From a virus: a stretch of 64,000 nucleotides of DNA. The notes below the pieces were generated by a model that was not told where the DNA came from, did no database searches, and saw nothing but the letters and a program-made list of their open reading frames with translations. The stretch's first letter is position 1. The number at the start of each line of letters is the position of its first letter. This document shows positions 1 to 8,063 of this stretch, piece after piece. A program made the position numbers and the translations under genes. The DNA lies in IMG/VR virus record IMGVR_UViG_3300024999_000057, positions 38,670 to 102,669 of that record. One strand, given 5' to 3'.

Positions 1-1
1 A

Positions 2-127
2 GCCGCAGGACAAACCCTTACAGATAACTATGATTTTCATATAGTAATGGTTGACAACACGCATATTCAGCTCGGGATGCGGGGGTCTGATGGTGTTATC
101 CGCTCTGTCACCCTAGCACTCGCATAA
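2..127 (+). CDS. 3' end of a tail fibre/tailspike gene (partial)
   Basis: Open frame from the window edge ending ...GSDGVIRSVTLALA* (TAA 125-127), a C-terminus typical of phage fibre/spike proteins; followed by small chaperone-like ORFs. Confidence 0.5.
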   Translation, partial: AAGQTLTDNYDFHIVMVDNTHIQLGMRGSDGVIRSVTLALA

Positions 128-141
128 AAGGAGCCATAAAA

Positions 142-417
142 ATGGGCACACCCAACTATAACGAGAAGCCAGTTTCCGCTACCACTTGGGAACGCACATG
201 TGCAATCAGGATTGAGAACACCTACGGCCAGATGCCCTCCGTAATGACGGTTGAGGAAGTAATCACCGTAGATGCTGAAGGCGTGAAAGTTTCTGCCAAG
301 CCCAACGGGAACCTCTGCCTGACCTTCGACCCTGAGAATGAAGATGACATGTTCGTCTACAACCATCTGAACGCGAAGACAATCGCTGCTAGAGAAGCAC
401 GAGACCTCAACCAATAA
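142..417 (+). CDS. small tail-fibre-associated protein
   Basis: 91-aa ORF with AGGAG RBS; position directly after the fibre gene. Confidence 0.55.
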   Translation: MGTPNYNEKPVSATTWERTCAIRIENTYGQMPSVMTVEEVITVDAEGVKVSAKPNGNLCLTFDPENEDDMFVYNHLNAKTIAAREARDLNQ

Positions 418-428
418 AAGGAAATAAA

Positions 429-584
429 ATGAACTTTCAGATCGAACTCGCAGAAAATGAAATCAACTACATTTTAGCTTCTCTCCAAGAAAAGCCCTTC
501 AAAGAAGTCGTTGGGCTGATCGACAAGATCATGAAGCAGGCGAATGCTCAGTTGGCTGAAAAGAAGGTTGAGGAGCAAGAATAA
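429..584 (+). CDS. small coiled-coil protein, possible tail fibre assembly chaperone (not in ORF track)
   Basis: AAGGA RBS, MNFQIELAENEINYILASLQEKPFKEVVGLIDKIMKQANAQLAEKKVEEQE*. Confidence 0.6.
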   Translation: MNFQIELAENEINYILASLQEKPFKEVVGLIDKIMKQANAQLAEKKVEEQE

Positions 585-616
585 GAATTCAGATGTGAAT
601 CCTTGGAGGAGCCAGA

Positions 617-949
617 ATGAACCACAACGACACAATTGAGCAGGGCGCCACTTTCTATCGAGAGGTGGTCCTCTACACGGACATAAGCAAAACCACACCG
701 ATCAACCTCACTGACAAGACTCCCAGAGCCTCCCTCATGACTCAGAATGGCCTGCACGTGGCAGATTTCGGGTGCGCTGTTTTGGCTGCGTTAGAAGGCA
801 AGATCGCTTGGACCATGCCTCGTGCTACCACAGCCTCACTAGAGCCTAGGCAGTACCTCTACAATTTGGATCTTGACGACGCTGACGATATCACCACCGA
901 CCGGGCTTTGTCTGGGCAGATCACGGTGAAGACCGGGCAGGTGCTTTAA
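617..949 (+). CDS. virion structural protein (BppU N-domain-like)
   Basis: IEQGATF...YLYNLDL...LSGQITV pattern common in tail-associated beta proteins; GGAGGAG RBS. Confidence 0.55.
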   Translation: MNHNDTIEQGATFYREVVLYTDISKTTPINLTDKTPRASLMTQNGLHVADFGCAVLAALEGKIAWTMPRATTASLEPRQYLYNLDLDDADDITTDRALSGQITVKTGQVL

Positions 950-1176
950 TGATCGCCGTGGTCGCGGCTAGAGCCATCTTCGGGCTGATTTTAGCTGGGC
1001 TAATCCATGCGTCGGTGGTCTCGGAGGAAATCTATTGGGGTGTAAGAGCGCCTAGAGAAATTCATTCGCTGGTGCAAACTAGGCCTCCTGCCGTGACCGC
1101 TGAGGGAAACCTCTACGACGCAACAACCGGCGCGTTTCTATACGACGCAGTTACAGGAGCGCCTTTAATGGCTTAG
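949..1176 (+). CDS. hypothetical structural-module protein
   Basis: Start overlaps the previous stop; C-terminal LYDAxTGA duplication. Confidence 0.5.
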   Translation: MIAVVAARAIFGLILAGLIHASVVSEEIYWGVRAPREIHSLVQTRPPAVTAEGNLYDATTGAFLYDAVTGAPLMA

Positions 1177-1180
1177 TGAG

Positions 1181-3142
1181 GTGGAAATGTCGGTTCAACC
1201 AATTTCATTACAATCAGTTTTAGAAGGGGCTCCTATTGAAGAGAGCCCTGAAAGCGGGGATTACTTAGTCTCCGTGCGTAGTGGTGTCATCCACAAGATC
1301 GGCTATTCCTCCCTCACCTTGTCTCCCTCTGAACGTGCTGCCAACGGTGAAGTGACTCAGATCCTCGGCTACCTCGCTGAGTCAGGTGATTTTGATACCC
1401 CGACATTAGCTTTGATAGAAGAAAAACGCACTGCGGGTTGGCCTGACTATGCAATACACATTCGCATCATGGGTACATCTGTCGGGGGTCTTGGCACTTT
1501 TGTCGGGGTTTCTGCTGCAGCGAGTGTCGCTGAAATTTCTGGAGTAGGTGGATTAGCAGGACTAGGCTCTCTCGCGGGTATTTTTGTTTCGGCAGATGCT
1601 GCTGAAATTTCCGGCGTTGGTGTAGCAATTGGCCTTGGTTCTCTCACGGGTATCTCCGGGGCAATCAGTGTTGCTGAGATTTCAGGGGCAGGCATAGCAC
1701 TAGGCACCGGGAATCTTGCCGGTGTGCAAACCGCTTCGTCCATGAGTGATCTCGGAGGAATCGGCATTGCTGCTGGGGAGGGAATTGGGTCGGTTACCGG
1801 AGTCCTGGCTACATTGAGCGTGGCAGAACTTCTTGGCGCAGGAATCTCCTTAGGGATTGGGGCTTTGGCTGAAGTCGTTGTCGGAACCTCCGTAGAGGAA
1901 ATTAGTGGTTCTGGTGAAGTAGTCATTCTAGGAACGGGCGAACTAACAGATGTGAGTGCTGGAACCAGTGTTGCTGAAATATCCGGTACCGGTGTAGCAC
2001 TTGGGGCCGCTGATTTGACCAGTGTAACTGTATCCACAGTGGTCGCTGAAATATCTGGAGTAGGTGAGGTTGTGTCTATTCCCGGCATTGCCTCCCTGAC
2101 TGGAGTTACAACTTCATCGAGCAGTGGGACTGTGACTGGAGTTGGGGTTGTAGTTGGCATTGGGGCTGCTACTGGAGTGGCGGTTACATCATCTGTGGCT
2201 AGCGTCGGAGGGGTTGGTGCGGCATCCGCGCCCCTCGCACCTTCGGGCTTCTCCGTTTCTAACTCCCCCGCGCAGATTACGGCGGTATGGACAGACCTTA
2301 CAGGAGAAACGAGCTACGAACTGTTCTATTCAACCAACTCAGGACTCAATGAGGCGACAGACGGGCTATCCGGTTACGTCTCAACAGTTGCTTACCCTGC
2401 TACGCCGCAATCGGCTGTCTCAGGACATATTACAGGTATACCTGCGGGGTCTGTTCAGCACGTACTTAATGGGATGCTTACTCAGGGAACAACTTATTAT
2501 GTGAGAGTAGGTGGAAGAAACGGTACAGTGCTTGGCACTCTAGCCGCCGCGTCTAGTGCTGCTGCTGCTGCTATTCTGTATGATGCTTTTACAGGAGAGG
2601 GCGCGTTAGGTAGTAATTGGGGGGCTAACCCCTATACCGGTACCGCAACAAAAACAGGGGGTAAGTTAGTATCGAACGGTAATGCAATACAGCGATGGAC
2701 AGGCAGCTTCGGCTCAAATCAATTTTCACGCATTACTGTTGATACGCTAGCAATTTCAGATAGCAGTGCTTACGGGGTGACTGTCAGAGATAACGGGAGC
2801 AAAACGTATTATGCCCTACGCACATATTGGGAGTCTAGGGAGAGCGATGGCTATTGGTACGACACCTACGTATTTGACATCATAAAAATTGTAGGGGGTG
2901 CCTATATAGGTTCCTTGCTTAACATTGAAGGTGGGCCGGACGCAAACATCACTCTTAAATTGGAAATTTCAGGTTCATTGTTAACAGCATACTATTCAAC
3001 TAACAACGGGACGAATTGGACGTTAATTGACTCCGTTACAGATAGCGTGTCACCTATAGCAACAGGCAATCCTGGCTTCTATGTCTCGGCTACAGGCGCA
3101 ATACCTATAACATTAGATAATTGGTATGGTGGCACTCTATGA
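1181..3142 (+). CDS. tail fibre/adhesin-like protein with ~24-aa Gly/Ser/Ala/Val repeats, FN3-like domain and C-terminal beta (lectin-like) domain
   Basis: Repeated SVAEISGxG-x-GxGxLxGV units; APSGFSV...ITAVWTD...YELFYST...TTYYVRVGGRN FN3 pattern. Confidence 0.65.
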   Translation: MEMSVQPISLQSVLEGAPIEESPESGDYLVSVRSGVIHKIGYSSLTLSPSERAANGEVTQILGYLAESGDFDTPTLALIEEKRTAGWPDYAIHIRIMGTSVGGLGTFVGVSAAASVAEISGVGGLAGLGSLAGIFVSADAAEISGVGVAIGLGSLTGISGAISVAEISGAGIALGTGNLAGVQTASSMSDLGGIGIAAGEGIGSVTGVLATLSVAELLGAGISLGIGALAEVVVGTSVEEISGSGEVVILGTGELTDVSAGTSVAEISGTGVALGAADLTSVTVSTVVAEISGVGEVVSIPGIASLTGVTTSSSSGTVTGVGVVVGIGAATGVAVTSSVASVGGVGAASAPLAPSGFSVSNSPAQITAVWTDLTGETSYELFYSTNSGLNEATDGLSGYVSTVAYPATPQSAVSGHITGIPAGSVQHVLNGMLTQGTTYYVRVGGRNGTVLGTLAAASSAAAAAILYDAFTGEGALGSNWGANPYTGTATKTGGKLVSNGNAIQRWTGSFGSNQFSRITVDTLAISDSSAYGVTVRDNGSKTYYALRTYWESRESDGYWYDTYVFDIIKIVGGAYIGSLLNIEGGPDANITLKLEISGSLLTAYYSTNNGTNWTLIDSVTDSVSPIATGNPGFYVSATGAIPITLDNWYGGTL

Positions 3143-4884
3143 CCCTTGAACTGTCAGAACCCGTAAGGGTTGGTGATTGGGAGCCTTTCTATTGCGGCAC
3201 AGGTTACGCTGCTGATGGCTATTTCTACGTTTTTGGTGGAAATGCGACAGAAGAAGAGGGTGGTGCAGACAATTCCCCCTACACTCGTGTTGTACGATCA
3301 CTAAACTTGTTGGATTGGGAAGACGTAGTTAGAGGTACGTCCATTGATTATCGCGCCCCAGATTGTGGCAAAATCCATCTACCTGATGGTAGGTCCGGTT
3401 ATTGGGGTTGGTATTGCTATAGAGACAACAATGCACAACTATACGCTGAAAATGCGTTGTATTACTATTTCCAGGAAACACACACACCATCAATAGACGA
3501 CACTCTTTTCAGAAGGGTTGCTCCTACGTTATCAAATGGCGGAAATTACTTCTTTGCCGCAGGTTTGGCCGCACTTCCAATCATAAGAGGTGACTATGTT
3601 TATTGGTTATCATGGTTGGACCCTACGCAAGCCATTCGTGAAGCTGCCATACCCAACGCGACTACCGGGAATAGGTTACGTATTTGGAGAGCACCCGTAT
3701 CAAGCATAGGTCAAAATGACTGCTTTACTACTTACGCCGACATAGGCCCAATCCCAAACTGTTACATGAGTGAACCGGACTGGGTAGAAACAAATTCTGG
3801 GGAAATAATCATAGTAGTGCGGGTTGAATCAAGCAACGCAACAGGGGGAAAGAAGGGAACATTTATTACACGTAGTTCGAACTTCCTTAATTGGTCAAGT
3901 CCTTCTTTTTTATGTAATGGGTTCCCACCGCAGATATTCAAAGATTTTGACGGGACTATCTATGTTGCTGCTGCTGAACGGGGTTCGGGATATGGGGGAA
4001 ACAGATGGGATAGCACCTCCGGCAGTCAACAGGAGTGTTACGCTCTCACGTCAACTGATAACGGTGCAACCTTTTCAGCACCACAGGTCGTAGCGAACTT
4101 AAATGATGCCACAGGGGGGTATTCGTATTTTGGTAGGTACAAAAATAAACTAATTCACGGATTTTACCAAGACCCCTCAGGCAGCGAAGGACAGTATGTA
4201 CAGACGCAAGCTGACGCGGGCTTAAACATTACAATTAACGTAGTTGATTCACTTACATTACAAGCTACGGCAAACGGTCATGATATAACCGCTGACGGTT
4301 TGTGGTATAGCAGTAACCCCACAAGTGTCAAAGTTTTCAATGGGGTACTGACGCCTTTGTCAGATGGCAGTGTCACGATAACCTTCGACTATGCAGGATA
4401 CCTAGCCACAACTGAATATGCACCGCCCGGAGTTGGTACCTGCGTAGGAGTTACAACCGGAACAAGCACAGGAGTGCTTACAGGGGCCGGTATCACAGTA
4501 GGAACTGGGTCACTCGCCAGCACTTCAGTCTCAGCTTCCGCAGCAACAATAATTGGTACAGGCGCAATCCTTGGGGCGGGTAACCTCTCCGGGACAGCAA
4601 CCAATGCAACCACAGAGGCAGCAACAGGAAGCGGAGTTGCAATAGGCTTAGGACAACTCACTGAAATTTCCACTACAGCAACCACAGCTTCAATAGAAGG
4701 GATAGGCCAAGCAATTATCGAGGGGGCAGGTACTGCTTCAGGAGTCACAGCAGAAACCAGCGTGGAATCCGTGACTGGCACTGGAGTGACTGCAAGTTCG
4801 ATCAATCAAATCCGCGCCCCCAATAATCAGATCATCGACCTTCGGGATGTCAACAATCAACCCATAACCATGCAGTATTTATAG
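3139..4884 (+). CDS. receptor-binding/glycosidase-like virion protein (Asp-box/BNR beta-propeller plus C-terminal Gly/Thr/Ala repeats)
   Basis: ATGA overlap with the previous gene; Asp-box-like STDNGATF, RSSNFLNW, RSLNLLDW; C-terminal repeats like those of the upstream gene. Confidence 0.6.
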   Translation: MTLELSEPVRVGDWEPFYCGTGYAADGYFYVFGGNATEEEGGADNSPYTRVVRSLNLLDWEDVVRGTSIDYRAPDCGKIHLPDGRSGYWGWYCYRDNNAQLYAENALYYYFQETHTPSIDDTLFRRVAPTLSNGGNYFFAAGLAALPIIRGDYVYWLSWLDPTQAIREAAIPNATTGNRLRIWRAPVSSIGQNDCFTTYADIGPIPNCYMSEPDWVETNSGEIIIVVRVESSNATGGKKGTFITRSSNFLNWSSPSFLCNGFPPQIFKDFDGTIYVAAAERGSGYGGNRWDSTSGSQQECYALTSTDNGATFSAPQVVANLNDATGGYSYFGRYKNKLIHGFYQDPSGSEGQYVQTQADAGLNITINVVDSLTLQATANGHDITADGLWYSSNPTSVKVFNGVLTPLSDGSVTITFDYAGYLATTEYAPPGVGTCVGVTTGTSTGVLTGAGITVGTGSLASTSVSASAATIIGTGAILGAGNLSGTATNATTEAATGSGVAIGLGQLTEISTTATTASIEGIGQAIIEGAGTASGVTAETSVESVTGTGVTASSINQIRAPNNQIIDLRDVNNQPITMQYL

Positions 4885-4895
4885 GAGTTTCAAAA

Positions 4896-5330
4896 ATGGC
4901 ATACAACGCCGGAGTAACCCGTTATCAGAAGAAGAAGTGGATGGACGAGCTTGTGACCAAAATCGGTGCAGGTTCCCTCAAGATGTCCATCCACAGCACC
5001 ACTACCACCTGGGATGCTACTACCGATCCCTCAACCCCGCAGGTTTATGGTACTACGGGCGAACTGACTTCGACTGGCACCGGCTACACCGCAGGCGGCT
5101 ACGTGCTCACTGCAGCCAACCTCACTGCGAGCGGCAACGCCTACCAGCTTGATTTCGCAGATGTAGTTACCAGCGCAGGAACCATCGCAACCGGCACCTA
5201 CTGCGGTTGTATCTACGACACTACGGACTCCAGCCGTGTTCTGGCGATCTGCACCATGACCGTCACTCAGGCATCCGCTGGTGGTGCAATGACCTTCACC
5301 ATCCCGGCTAACGCCATTGCGCTGACCTAA
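4896..5330 (+). CDS. virion structural protein
   Basis: Thr/Gly-rich, GELTSTGTGYTAGG motif typical of small phage structural proteins; followed by a terminator. Confidence 0.6.
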   Translation: MAYNAGVTRYQKKKWMDELVTKIGAGSLKMSIHSTTTTWDATTDPSTPQVYGTTGELTSTGTGYTAGGYVLTAANLTASGNAYQLDFADVVTSAGTIATGTYCGCIYDTTDSSRVLAICTMTVTQASAGGAMTFTIPANAIALT

Positions 5331-5350
5331 TCAAATTCAGATGTGAATTT

Positions 5351-5382
5351 AGAGCCGCTCTTGAATTAGAGAGCGGCTCTTT
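5351..5382 (+). terminator. intrinsic terminator
   Basis: AGAGCCGCTCT / AGAGCGGCTCT stem followed by a short T run, next to an operator palindrome. Confidence 0.65.
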
Positions 5383-5394
5383 CAGGAGTAATAA

Positions 5395-5841
5395 ATGAAA
5401 CCCAAGTGGCTGGAAATTGCAGAAAAAGAAATTGGGGTGCAAGAAAAAAGGGGCGGCGAAAATCCAAGGATCATCAAGTACCACTCATCCACCTCGCTGA
5501 AAGCCAAGGAGGACGAAATTGCCTGGTGTAGTTCCTACGTAAATTGGTGTGTCACCCAAGCAGGTGTCAAAGGCACCAATTCGGCTGCTGCGATTTCGTG
5601 GTTGAACTGGGGTGTCCCAACAGAGCCCAAAGAAGGCGCCATCGTAATCATCAGACAGAAACAAAAGTCCAACGACAAAGCAACCGGAAGTTCTTCAGGG
5701 AATCATGTGGCTTTCTTCAAAGAGATAAAAGAAGGAAGGATTTTTCTTTTGGGCGGGAATCAGTCGGACCAGGTGAAAATTTCTAGTTTCGGTCTTGGGA
5801 GTTACGAGGTTCTTGGTTACAGGTGGCCTACTCAGGCTTAA
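5395..5841 (+). CDS. endolysin, TIGR02594/CHAP-NlpC-like peptidase
   Basis: PKWLEIAEKEIGV, DEIAWCSSYVNW (catalytic Cys), GNHVAF (His), LGGNQSD. Confidence 0.85.
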   Translation: MKPKWLEIAEKEIGVQEKRGGENPRIIKYHSSTSLKAKEDEIAWCSSYVNWCVTQAGVKGTNSAAAISWLNWGVPTEPKEGAIVIIRQKQKSNDKATGSSSGNHVAFFKEIKEGRIFLLGGNQSDQVKISSFGLGSYEVLGYRWPTQA

Positions 5842-5862
5842 TAAAATATTACGGAGATAAAA

Positions 5863-6220
5863 ATGAAAAAGATTATTTTGCTTCTGGCAGCACTTCTGGG
5901 TGCCCCCGCAGCCTTTGCCGCTTCACCGGGGGTTCCTCGAAAGGGACTTCAATAGTGCTGTCATCCAAGGAGGGGCGCCTAATGGTACTCTCTCGCAGAC
6001 CCTAACTATCAACTCCACGACCATTGATGGCACTAACTCGATCTGGTGGTCACTGTATCCGCCTACTGCTTGCAAGGTCCGGCTGATGCCTACTTCTGCG
6101 AAAGGATCTTACCCTCAATTCACGGCTCCTGTTGGGGTTAATCTCTCCAGATTTGTGAACAAGGCGACTCCTTTCATCAATTTCAGCGGATGTACTTCGG
6201 GAGAACTGCAGCGGAATTAG
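5863..6220 (+). pseudogene. frameshifted secreted protein gene
   Basis: GGAG RBS and signal peptide MKKIILLLAALLGAPAAFA stop at TAG 5953-5955; the body continues in the +1 frame to 6220; G5 tract at 5928-5932. Confidence 0.65.
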
Positions 6221-6233
6221 GAGCCTTGAATAT

Positions 6234-6404
6234 ATGAAATTATTTTTACTCCTTCCCCTTCTTACAGCCTGTTCCCTCAATTCAGTAGCGACTCCAAAAA
6301 CCATAGCCCTTGAAGCGGGAACCTCAGTCCGACACGACGTGGGCGATGTTCCCTCGAAGGTCAACACGATTTCCCTCAAGGCACTTTGGGAACTCAGAAA
6401 GTAG
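6234..6404 (+). CDS. small lipoprotein (not in ORF track)
   Basis: MKLFLLLPLLTAC lipobox, 56 aa. Confidence 0.6.
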   Translation: MKLFLLLPLLTACSLNSVATPKTIALEAGTSVRHDVGDVPSKVNTISLKALWELRK

Positions 6405-6415
6405 GAGGTAAGAAA

Positions 6416-6613
6416 ATGAACTTAAAAATTTTAGTGCTGGCTTCCATCCTCCTGCTTCCTGGATGCGCTGCCCTAGAAACCACTGTAGAAATCCTCGACA
6501 TTCTCGTACCCGACCCCGTTCCTGTCTGTGATAGAGATTCGGTTGGAGTTGAGGTTGGTGGGGAGCAGTGCTTGAAGCTCTCGGATGGGAGTTATGTTTG
6601 GAGGTCTAGTTGA
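6416..6613 (+). CDS. small lipoprotein, o-spanin-like candidate
   Basis: AGGAGG RBS, MNLKILVLASILLLPGC lipobox, two further Cys. Confidence 0.6.
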   Translation: MNLKILVLASILLLPGCAALETTVEILDILVPDPVPVCDRDSVGVEVGGEQCLKLSDGSYVWRSS

Positions 6614-7185
6614 ATCCCGAACTTATAAAAACCTGTGCGGTCCTCTGCGACCAAAGCTATTCAGATGTGAATCCAAATTTCGTCACTGTGGACGATTTAA
6701 GGTACGGGGTTTTTGAAACAGAGCACGGAAAAATAATCTGCATCCGGGGAACGGACAATCTGGAGAATTGGGGCGTGAACGCGAATGTTTTGCCCGCGAA
6801 GTCTTGTGGTGGTTTTCTAGCCCACAAGGGGTTCATAAAAGCCTACCGAGAACTCTGCTCGGGTGGGATGCCTACGACCAAAAATCCTTCCGTCATAGCA
6901 ACTGGGCATTCTCTTGGAGGCGCCCTGGCAACTCTGCTAGCAGAGCACACAGGGTGCAAATTAATTACTTTTGGATCACCAAGAGTTTATTGGAGATTTG
7001 GAAAAGCGCCTAAATTGGATTACATCAGGATAGTAAGAGACGACGATCCGGTTCCAGAAGTTCCCAAGTTCCTCTACAGGCACACCCAGGAACCTCTTGT
7101 ATTGAAAGACGGTGACCACAGGCATTTGCAAGTCAAGGATCATTTTATGAAGTCGTACCTTGAGGCTTTAAAGGAGTTAAAATGA
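6610..7185 (+). CDS. class 3 lipase (alpha/beta hydrolase)
   Basis: IRGTD, AHKGF, TGHSLGGALA nucleophile elbow, TFGSPRV, DDPVPEVP, terminal DHF. Confidence 0.9.
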   Translation: MNPELIKTCAVLCDQSYSDVNPNFVTVDDLRYGVFETEHGKIICIRGTDNLENWGVNANVLPAKSCGGFLAHKGFIKAYRELCSGGMPTTKNPSVIATGHSLGGALATLLAEHTGCKLITFGSPRVYWRFGKAPKLDYIRIVRDDDPVPEVPKFLYRHTQEPLVLKDGDHRHLQVKDHFMKSYLEALKELK

Positions 7186-7367
7186 AAGCGGGATTGAAGA
7201 AGAGAATTGTTGGGCACAAGTTGTCCTCCATTTTGGGAGTGGTAGGCGGGGCTGCGTTGGCGGGTGCTTCTGGTTATTATCAGGCGTCGGGTGGTTCTAT
7301 GGCAGACTGGAAGCCGTATGCAGTTGCGGCTGGGGTTTCTGTGGTAGGGCTGCTGTACAAGAAATAA
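7182..7367 (+). CDS. holin-like two-TM protein
   Basis: 61 aa, two hydrophobic segments, basic termini, last gene of the lysis cassette. Confidence 0.5.
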   Translation: MKAGLKKRIVGHKLSSILGVVGGAALAGASGYYQASGGSMADWKPYAVAAGVSVVGLLYKK

Positions 7368-7394
7368 AAAGTTCCTTCCTCCAAGGGGAACGAG

Positions 7395-7429
7395 AAAGGG
7401 CTCCTGGGTTGGTTACCAGGAGCCCTTTT
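7395..7429. terminator. bidirectional terminator at the +/- strand convergence
   Basis: AAAGGGCTCCTGG / CCAGGAGCCCTTT 13-bp stem between convergent gene blocks. Confidence 0.85.
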
Positions 7430-7441
7430 GGTTTTAGCGTT

Positions 7442-7609
7442 CTACATCCTCTCGTTGATTGCTTGCTGGATATAATCCAGGGTCGCTGCAATTAGCAGTT
7501 CGTTTGTCTCGGCGTCTCTGAGATCCGCGTAGATGATCCCTTGCCTTGTATCTTTTCCTCTTCGGAGGTTGGTGATTATGAGTTGGCGATTTTGGAGGTC
7601 TTTTGTCAT
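7442..7609 (-). CDS. hypothetical protein (55 aa, not in ORF track)
   Basis: MTKDLQNRQLIITNLRRG...; start abuts the nrdG stop. Confidence 0.5.
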   Translation of the reverse strand: MTKDLQNRQLIITNLRRGKDTRQGIIYADLRDAETNELLIAATLDYIQQAINERM

Positions 7610-8062
7610 TCAGAAGTCAACTCCCTTCTTGAAAATGTGTTGGTTGGTGGAAGCCAATTTAATCCCGTACTGTTCTTTCTCGCCCCTCAGGTTCTCCTCG
7701 TACCGACCGCACTTGAGGTAGGCCAAATATCGCTTAGCGAACTCTGGGACTTCCAAAGGCTTCAACCGGGTGAAGAGCCAGATATCCAAGCAGTGCCGGT
7801 CTAGGTACCACAGGAAGGTTTCGAGTTCTTCGTGGTCCTGATCGAAGGGTTCTCCTCCGAAGATCATGATGTTCTCGATGAGATCCGGGAATCTAGCAAC
7901 CTTGTCGTTGATTTGCAGCAAGGACTCCTTCCAGTCAACTCCCTGATTAAAATCCCAGCTTTCCGGATTGTGGCAGTTTTCACAATGAGGGCCTTTGCAC
8001 CCAGCCAAGTAAATATCTAGGCTTCTTGTTTCCAACGAGAACTGAGTTGTTAGGACGTTCAT
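7610..8062 (-). CDS. nrdG: anaerobic ribonucleotide reductase activating protein (radical SAM)
   Basis: GCKGPHCENCHNPESW Cys motif, GGEPF; adjacent to nrdD. Confidence 0.9.
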   Translation of the reverse strand: MNVLTTQFSLETRSLDIYLAGCKGPHCENCHNPESWDFNQGVDWKESLLQINDKVARFPDLIENIMIFGGEPFDQDHEELETFLWYLDRHCLDIWLFTRLKPLEVPEFAKRYLAYLKCGRYEENLRGEKEQYGIKLASTNQHIFKKGVDF

Positions 8063-8063
8063 T

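Noticed and set aside
1447-4805. Long antisense ORFs (1447-2160, 4389-4805) and the many + strand ORFs from 7.5 to 63 kb
   Set aside because: They are shadow frames of well-supported genes on the other strand, with no RBS or family motifs.
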